DNA of 16,492 nt from the NCBI GenBank assembly GCA_041694835.1, contig JBGFRZ010000005.1:1-16492 (forward strand), given 5' to 3'. The position numbers and the translations under genes were made by a program. This DNA is from Ignavibacteria bacterium (GTDB lineage: Bacteria; Elusimicrobiota; Endomicrobiia; PHAN01). The notes beneath the pieces were generated by a model. It ran no database searches, was not told the DNA's origin, and was given only the letters and a program-made list of their open reading frames with translations. How positions within the stretch are numbered: the stretch's first letter is position 1; each line of letters begins with the position of its first letter. Shown here one piece after another: positions 11,493 through 16,492 of the stretch.

Positions 11493-11882
11493 TTATTTTA
11501 TCTCAGCGGTGGCTCCAGCTTCGACAAGCTTCTTTTTGATTTCTTCAGCCTGCTCTTTCGTAATACCTTCCTTAACGGGCTTCGGCGCCGCTTCCACTAA
11601 ATCTTTGGCTTCTTTTAATCCAAGCCCTGTTATTTCTCTAACGACCTTAATGGCTTGAATTTTGTTGCCGCCCGCATTTGCGAGAACAACCGTAAACTCG
11701 GTCTTCTCCTCTGCCGACGACTGTGCTGCACCCGACGGCGCGCCCGAAGGAGCGACTGCAAAAGAAGCGGCTGAAACTCCAAATTTTTCTTCGAGAGTTT
11801 TGACCAACTCCGCTAAATCAAGAACGCTCATCTTTGAAATTGCTTCAACAATTGCATCTTTACCATTCAAATTTCCACTCAT
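11493..11882 (-). CDS. rplL: 50S ribosomal protein L7/L12
   Basis: [17 protein letters not shown]...[10 protein letters not shown]...[12 protein letters not shown]. Start moved to ATG 11882, preceded by GAGG. Confidence 0.98.
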   Translation of the reverse strand: MSGNLNGKDAIVEAISKMSVLDLAELVKTLEEKFGVSAASFAVAPSGAPSGAAQSSAEEKTEFTVVLANAGGNKIQAIKVVREITGLGLKEAKDLVEAAPKPVKEGITKEQAEEIKKKLVEAGATAEIK

Positions 11883-12099
11883 GTTTCCTCCTATTGTCGC
11901 ATCCCGATGTCCATCGGGACGAATGAAAGCACTGCCTCGCTCCGAAAGGAAATTGCTCCGCTCGGTGCTCCACAAGGGGAGATAATCTCCCCATTACTTC
12001 GTCGCTCGCTTTTCACCTACTCGCTGAACGCTCGCTGAACCCCTCTTAAAAGGACTTTAAAGCATAATCTCCCAGGTCAAAACTTGTGCTCTTATGCTC

Positions 12100-12651
12100 T
12101 TATGACTTGCGCTCTTGTATTTTCGCTTTCTGATTCAATATCAGAACAAGATTCCTCGTCGGAGCGTTGATGACATTCACAAAATTGGCGAGCGGAGATT
12201 TAAGGATTCCTATAAGTTTTACCACCAACACTTCAGCCGAAGGAAGTTCGGACAATGTAATTATATCTTTCGCGGTTATAACTCTTCCGTCGGAAATTCC
12301 AAATTTGAGTTTAAGATTTCGGTTTTCTTTTGAAAAATTTGAAATAATTTTTGCTCCGTCTAAAATATTTCTCGACCAGAGCACCGCAATAGGCCCTTTT
12401 AATTCTACAGAACTCATAACATCTTTATATGCCGTTTTTTTGAGCGCTAGATTCAACAGATTATTTTTAATTATCTCAAACTTTAAATCCGGTTCGTCAT
12501 ACGAAGCGGACTTGCCCAAAAGTTGACCTCTAAGCGAGTCAAGCGCCGACATAGTTAAACCGGTATACTCGGTAAGTATTATGCTCGGATATTTATTTAT
12601 CTTCTCAAGTAGTTTTTCAACTATTTTTGACTTTTGCTCTTTTGTTTTCAT
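12100..12651 (-). CDS. rplJ: 50S ribosomal protein L10
   Basis: EYTGLTM..LDSLR, IIKNNLLNLAL, LKGPIA, LSELPSAE motifs; immediately upstream of rplL. Confidence 0.93.
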   Translation of the reverse strand: MKTKEQKSKIVEKLLEKINKYPSIILTEYTGLTMSALDSLRGQLLGKSASYDEPDLKFEIIKNNLLNLALKKTAYKDVMSSVELKGPIAVLWSRNILDGAKIISNFSKENRNLKLKFGISDGRVITAKDIITLSELPSAEVLVVKLIGILKSPLANFVNVINAPTRNLVLILNQKAKIQERKS

Positions 12652-12656
12652 AATTT

Positions 12657-12682
12657 TAGAGACAAGCGTATCTCGCCTCTAC
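12657..12682 (-). repeat. Small GTAG-initiated (REP-like) hairpin before rplJ
   Basis: Minus strand gtagaggcgag atacg cttgtctcta: 10-bp stem including G-U pairs. Confidence 0.5.
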
Positions 12683-12692
12683 TATCTTCTTG

Positions 12693-13469
12693 TTAGAAAA
12701 CCAGGTTTATTGCCGCTGACACACTTCTTTCATTCAGAAAACTTGCTTCAATCGTAAAAGATTCTCTCGGCTCAAAATTGACTTTCAGTCCGGCTGTCAG
12801 TCCGACATTGTCGACATTGCCGGAAAAATTCCCCGAACCGCCCATATTGACGAAATCCGAATAAATCCTTGAAACTTTCACCGCTCCGTAAGGCTCAAAA
12901 ACGCCGAATCTCTTACTTCCTATAAAAGCCAACCGGTATTCTTTGTTTTCTAAAACCGCATCGGCAACTGCGTCGCCGTCATTTGTATGAAGTTTTTTTA
13001 AGGACGCTCTACCATACTCAAACGCCGTCTCTACTGCAAGAGCCGGCGTAACTATGGTATCCGGAAATAAAAGTTTTCTTACACCTAAAGCAAATCTGCA
13101 ACGGGCGCCGTCGGTAAATTTGATGTTTCCGTCAAGCGTGGGCATTTTTAGTTCGGATTTTCCGAATGCTCCTTTAAGCCAGTAATACAATCCGTCAAAA
13201 GGATTAAAATTTACTTTTGCACCGACTTCCCGATATAAAATTTCAGAATCAAACTTAGCGAGGGATTTCGTATAGTAACTTTCTCCTCCTACAACCACTC
13301 GGGTGGCAGTCTCGATGGAAAAATTTATATCGCGCGATGTATTTGTGTAATACACCGACAAATTCAGTTCTCCTTTTCTGAGCTGATGCGCTGTGTTCAA
13401 AATTTCAGACGCGTTTAGAATGGAGAAATTAAATGCGATAAAGAAAACTGATAAAAAGAACTTTGTCAT
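12693..13469 (-). CDS. Hypothetical exported protein, probable outer-membrane beta-barrel
   Basis: Start at ATG 13469 after GGGGGA. Signal-peptide-like N-terminus (MTKFFLSVFFIAFNFSILNA), alternating amphipathic strands, C-terminal Phe (SVSAAINLVF). Confidence 0.75.
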   Translation of the reverse strand: MTKFFLSVFFIAFNFSILNASEILNTAHQLRKGELNLSVYYTNTSRDINFSIETATRVVVGGESYYTKSLAKFDSEILYREVGAKVNFNPFDGLYYWLKGAFGKSELKMPTLDGNIKFTDGARCRFALGVRKLLFPDTIVTPALAVETAFEYGRASLKKLHTNDGDAVADAVLENKEYRLAFIGSKRFGVFEPYGAVKVSRIYSDFVNMGGSGNFSGNVDNVGLTAGLKVNFEPRESFTIEASFLNERSVSAAINLVF

Positions 13470-13489
13470 ATAAATGTCCCCCAAAAAAT

Positions 13490-13693
13490 TTACAACAATT
13501 CCAAAAATTTTTCAATCGTCAATTCGCAACTTTTTAATATTCTGGTTTTCTTTACTGTTCTATGCGATGGAATTGTGATTTTCAATGTTTTTTCCATCGT
13601 ATGTTTTTGAAGTCGCATATGACTTTCTTTCTGTCTGACAACTGCAAAACCTGCTCTCTGAATCGCCCTGATAATCCTCTCATATGATAAATT
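13490..13693 (-). pseudogene. hicA: HicA-family toxin remnant with no start codon
   Basis: Manual translation NLSYERIIRAIQRAGFAVVRQKESHMRLQKHTMEKTLKITIPSHRTVKKTRILKSCELTIEKFLELL* matches the HicA pattern (GF..VRQ.GSH...T.P.H...IL....L..E.F..LL). GSH is ESH here, and an in-frame TAG lies 8 codons upstream with no start codon in between. Confidence 0.75.
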
Positions 13694-13715
13694 AGTGTCC
13701 TGTCCCGCAAATACC

Positions 13716-14029
13716 TAGGACGCGGACTTTCGCAGATGAGTTTATAGTTGCTTTAATCTGCGTTTATCAAAGTTGTTTCTGCGTTCATCTGCGTTCAATT
13801 ATTTTTTAGGACGCAGATTTACAGGATTATCGCAGATTAAAAACTTTACCGCGAAATCACGAAAATTAGAAATCACAAAATTCTTTACAAGTATTTTCGT
13901 GTTTTCGCGCTTTCGTGATTCAAATCTTTTTTCTTCTGCGTTCAAAAATAAAAAAGTGGTTGTAGAAATAGGACGCGGATTTTCGCAGATGCAGTCCCGA
14001 TTTATCGGGACGAGAATGAGCGAAAATAC
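13716..14029. repeat. Cluster of short-repeat palindromes (GGACGCRGA..TCGCAGAT / ATCTGCGTT; CACGAAA / TTTCGTG)
   Basis: taggacgcrga occurs three times (~13716, ~13807, ~13969) with complementary tctgcgtt units between. An inner hairpin pairs cgcgaaatcacgaaaa with ttttcgtgttttcgcgctttcgtgatt. Confidence 0.8.
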
Positions 14030-14082
14030 AATGTAAACACTTGCTGATTATGCAAATCTCAATAGTATAAAAAAACCCTCAA

Positions 14083-14157
14083 TGCCGAGCACTGACCTAC
14101 TCTTCCGTCCCGACATGCGGGAAGGTACCATCGGTCCTGGAGAGCTTAACTTCTCTG
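14083..14157 (-). ncRNA. 3' half of a split outer 5S rRNA-like gene
   Basis: 41 nt (14094-14134) are identical to the intact 5S (14207-14247). The flanking helix strands differ from the intact copy but complement the 5' half at 14345-14387. Confidence 0.85.
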
Positions 14158-14196
14158 CCCGCCACGCACCATTTCTCATGTACTCAGGAACACAAA

Positions 14197-14315
14197 CCCT
14201 GGCATCGACCTACTCTTCCGTCCCGACATGCGGGAAGGTACCATCGGCTCTGGAGGGCTTAACTGCCGTGTTCGGAATGGGAACGGGTGTGACCCCTCCG
14301 AAATAGACACCAGGA
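14197..14315 (-). rRNA. rrf: 5S rRNA (intact, inner copy)
   Basis: UCCUGGUGUC...CACACCCGUUCCCAUUCCGAACACGGCAGUUAAGC...CCGAUGGUAC...GAGUAGGUCGAUGCCAGG; helix I closes; ~119 nt. Confidence 0.97.
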
Positions 14316-14344
14316 TTTCTATCCCTGAAAATGGTGCGGGGTGA

Positions 14345-14387
14345 GAGATAGGAAGAGGTGTGACCTCTCCGGAATAAGCACTCAGCA
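14345..14387 (-). ncRNA. 5' half of a split outer 5S rRNA-like gene
   Basis: UGCUGAGUGCUUAUUCCGGAGAGGUCACACCUCUUCCUAUCUC is collinear with the inner 5S (..UAUUUCGGAGGGGUCACACCCGUUCCCAUUCC). Confidence 0.85.
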
Positions 14388-14467
14388 TTCAGGGTTTTTT
14401 AAAGCGATGAAACCCCTGAAGAGGATGTCCTGAATTGTTCGGAATTACTGCGGTGGCGATGCAAGAA

Positions 14468-14629
14468 TTAGGATTTTCTTTCCTTTATTTCTTTGAGTAA
14501 AGAGGAAATCTGCACCAATTTCAGCAACGCAAAAATCGAACAAATAACGCCGATTATGCTGACCATCGTCATAACCGTAAAGATGTTCGACAACCAGAAA
14601 ATCACCGGATCCAACTCCATCATCTCCAT
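14468..14629 (-). CDS. 53-aa small single-pass membrane protein in the 23S-5S spacer
   Basis: GGAGG (14636-14640) 6 nt before ATG. MEMMELDPVIFWLSNIFTVMTMVSIIGVICSIFALLKLVQISSLLKEIKERKS*: acidic N-terminus, hydrophobic segment, basic C-terminus. Confidence 0.65.
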   Translation of the reverse strand: MEMMELDPVIFWLSNIFTVMTMVSIIGVICSIFALLKLVQISSLLKEIKERKS

Positions 14630-14647
14630 AGAACGCCTCCAATGATA

Positions 14648-14768
14648 AGTTTAGAGTTCGGTAGCGGGCGAATTGCTATTCGCCGTATTCCCCTCTATTA
14701 AGAGGGGACAAAGGGGTGTGTTTCGTGGGATAGCAATCCCACCGCTACATAACTCTCAACTCTAAACT
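14648..14768. repeat. Nested palindrome immediately downstream of 23S
   Basis: agtttagagtt/aactctaaact (with aactctc aactcta heptamers), gtagcgg/ccgctac, attgctat/atagcaat, inner tcccctct-atta-agagggga. Confidence 0.8.
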
Positions 14769-15719
14769 GAATTAAATGATGTGGTCAAGACAAACGGACT
14801 ATTAGTATGGGTTAGCTTAATCCTTTACAGGACTTACACCTCCCACCTATCAACCCTGTAGTCTACAGGAGTCCTTCAGGGAAATCTTATCTTGAGGTTA
14901 GCTTCTCGCTTAGATGCTTTCAGCGATTATCTGAACCGCACTTGGCTACCCGACTAATGCTCTTGGTAGAACAGCCGGAACACCAGAGGTGCGTTCATCC
15001 CGGTCCTCTCGTACTAGGGACGACTCCTCTCAAATTTCCTACGCCCACGGTAGATAGAGACCGTACTGTCTCACGACGTACTGAACCCAGCTCACGTACC
15101 CCTTTAATTGGCGAACAGCCAAACCCTTGGGACCTACTCCAGCCCCAGGATGGGATGAGCCGACATCGAGGTGCCAAACTCCGTCGTCGATATGGACTCT
15201 CGGACGGAATAAGCCTGTTATCCCCGGGGTAGCTTTTATTCGTTGAGCGACGGCATTTCCATTCACAACCGCCGGATCACTAGGTCCTGCTTTCGCATCT
15301 GTTCGACTTGTTTGTCTTACAGTTAAGCTCCCTTATGCCCTTGCACTCTAAAAGCCGATTACTATTCGGCCTGAGGGAACCTTTGAACGCCTCCGTTATC
15401 CTTTGGGAGGCAACCGCCCCAGTTAAACTGCCCACCTAACCCTGTCCCACGCCCTGATAAAAGAGTCGTGGTTAGAACCGCAGTATTGAAAGGGTGGTAT
15501 TTCACTGTCCCCTCCATCCCGACCAGAATCGAGACTTCAAAGGGTCCCACCTATACTACGCATCCAAGACCGTAATTCAAGATTAAGCTACAGTAAAGCT
15601 CCACGGGGTCTTTTCGTCTTACCGCAGGCAACCTGCGTCTTCACAGGTACCACAATTTCGCCGAGTCTCCTATTGAGACAGCGCTCTCTTTGTTACGCCA
15701 TTCGTGCAGGTCGGAACTT

Positions 15720-15952
15720 CATTAACACTTAGATTTCCCTAAGTTTTAGACTATATCTTCACCCCCGATGAAATTGGGGGGACGGCGTGTAGTCGTTACA
15801 GGGTCACTCCGATGTTATGTCAGAGGACTTCCCTCGGTATTATCATAGAGTCGGCATAAGATGGCTTCCTTAAACCATCGCTCATTAGATTCCACCGATA
15901 CAGCCGTTTTACTAATAGCGCGTTACCGCGCTATTCGGGCAAGTTTCCGTTT
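15720..15952 (-). ncRNA. Group I intron after 23S U1951 (L1951), 233 nt, no ORF
   Basis: Follows exon U and ends in G (UUAAUG). P1: UCGGGU/GCCCGA with U-G at the splice site. P10: AACUU/AAGUU. P3: ACGGC/GCCGU. P7: GACUA/UAGUC. S element GAAGAUAUAGUC. Confidence 0.95.
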
Positions 15953-15972
15953 ACCCGACAAGGAATTTCGCT

Positions 15973-16205
15973 CATGTGTTTTCCAATATTACTATTGGCA
16001 TGGACTATATCTTCATCCCGATGTTATATCGGGAGCCAACGTGTAGTCTCTACGGGGTCGATTACGACTTCCCTCGGTATTACCCTTTTCCACATAGCCA
16101 ACCAAGGTTGGCAACTACATTGTAATGTGGAAAATTGGGCTTCACCGATACAGTTGGATTCGATACGCCGTTACCAGCGTAAAGGGCTTTGAAATTCCAT
16201 TCAAA
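15973..16205 (-). ncRNA. Group I intron after 23S U1931 (L1931), 233 nt, no ORF
   Basis: Follows CCUAAGGU and ends in ACAUG. P1: GGU/GCC with U-G, extended by UUUGAA/UUCAAA. GGAAUUUC can pair with 3' exon GAAAUUCC. P3: CCAAC/GUUGG. R element GUAGAGACUA, S element AAGAUAUAGUCC. Confidence 0.95.
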
Positions 16206-16248
<43 letters not shown>

Positions 16249-16262
16249 GACATCAGTGCTTC

Positions 16263-16399
16263 ACACACCAGTTCGCCCATACGAACTCACTGATAAGTTA
16301 GAGGGTAGAGGGTCGACGGTAAATGGGAAATGGAAAACCTTTCTTTCACCTTCTACCTTCTACCTCGCTCAGTGAGTCCATAAGGACGAACCAGCGCAT
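16263..16399 (-). other. Long hairpin insertion (IVS or expansion segment) at the tip of 23S helix 68
   Basis: Replaces the ~8-nt apical hairpin near E. coli 1870. UGCGCUGGUUCGUCCUUAUGGACUCACUGA pairs with UCAGUGAGUUCGUAUGGGCGAACUGGUGUG. Confidence 0.85.
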
Positions 16400-16492
16400 T
16401 GACACCTCCGCTTGACCTTCCGGCACCGGGCAGGCGTCAGACCCTATACATCATCTTGCGATTTCAGCAGAGTCCTGTGTTTTTGTTAAACA

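Noticed and set aside
11883-11975. N-terminal extensions of L7/L12 (and of S7 at 2658-2717) in the ORF track
   Set aside because: Downstream ATGs with Shine-Dalgarno sites give canonical lengths; the extensions cross repeat hairpins.
115-12526. Numerous plus-strand ORFs and the short minus ORF 5289-5504
   Set aside because: Antisense or off-frame shadows of fusA, rpsG, rpoC, rpoB, rplL and rplJ with no recognisable motifs.
13693-13715. tagtgtcctgtcccgc as an IS terminal inverted repeat
   Set aside because: No matching opposite end or transposase was seen in the window.
13716-14036. Possible CRISPR array, or the 87-aa ORF 13773-14036
   Set aside because: Repeats are short, degenerate, in both orientations and irregularly spaced, with no cas genes. 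The ORF just reads through the repeats.
14083-14387. Simple tandem 5S duplication or decayed pseudogene
   Set aside because: The halves flank the intact gene in nested order and their differences are pairwise compensatory, which random decay would not produce.
14445-14642. 65-aa ORF MEAFYGDD... from the track
   Set aside because: TTG start with no ribosome-binding site. The overlapping frame 14468-14629 has GGAGG, ATG and a coherent membrane-protein pattern.
15601-15625. 23S A2057 as a macrolide-resistance mutation
   Set aside because: It is compensated by U2611, a known natural pair, and A2058/A2059 are intact.
14082-16192. ORFs overlapping the 5S, 23S and introns, as candidate homing endonucleases
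   Set aside because: They are translations of structural RNA with no LAGLIDADG, GIY-YIG or HNH motif, and the 233-nt introns are filled by ribozyme structure.

Overview
Bacterial core-gene region, entirely on the minus strand. In transcription order: 3' part of a 23S rRNA gene, a 53-aa small membrane ORF, a 5S rRNA locus, a repeat-rich spacer, a hicA-like remnant, a probable outer-membrane beta-barrel gene, then rplJ-rplL-rpoB-rpoC-rpsL-rpsG-fusA (fusA runs off the window). The RNA polymerase sequences suggest a diderm, possibly Elusimicrobiota (low-confidence impression). The rRNA end is the unusual part. (1) An intact 5S gene is nested inside a second, split 5S-like gene whose helices I-III carry compensatory changes. 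(2) The 23S gene has two ORF-less 233-nt group I introns (L1931, L1951) separated by a 20-nt exon. (3) Helix 68 carries a ~137-nt hairpin insertion. Most larger intergenic gaps contain hairpins built from short tandem repeats, and RpoB has natural substitutions in the rifampicin pocket. All alignments and pairings were done by eye.
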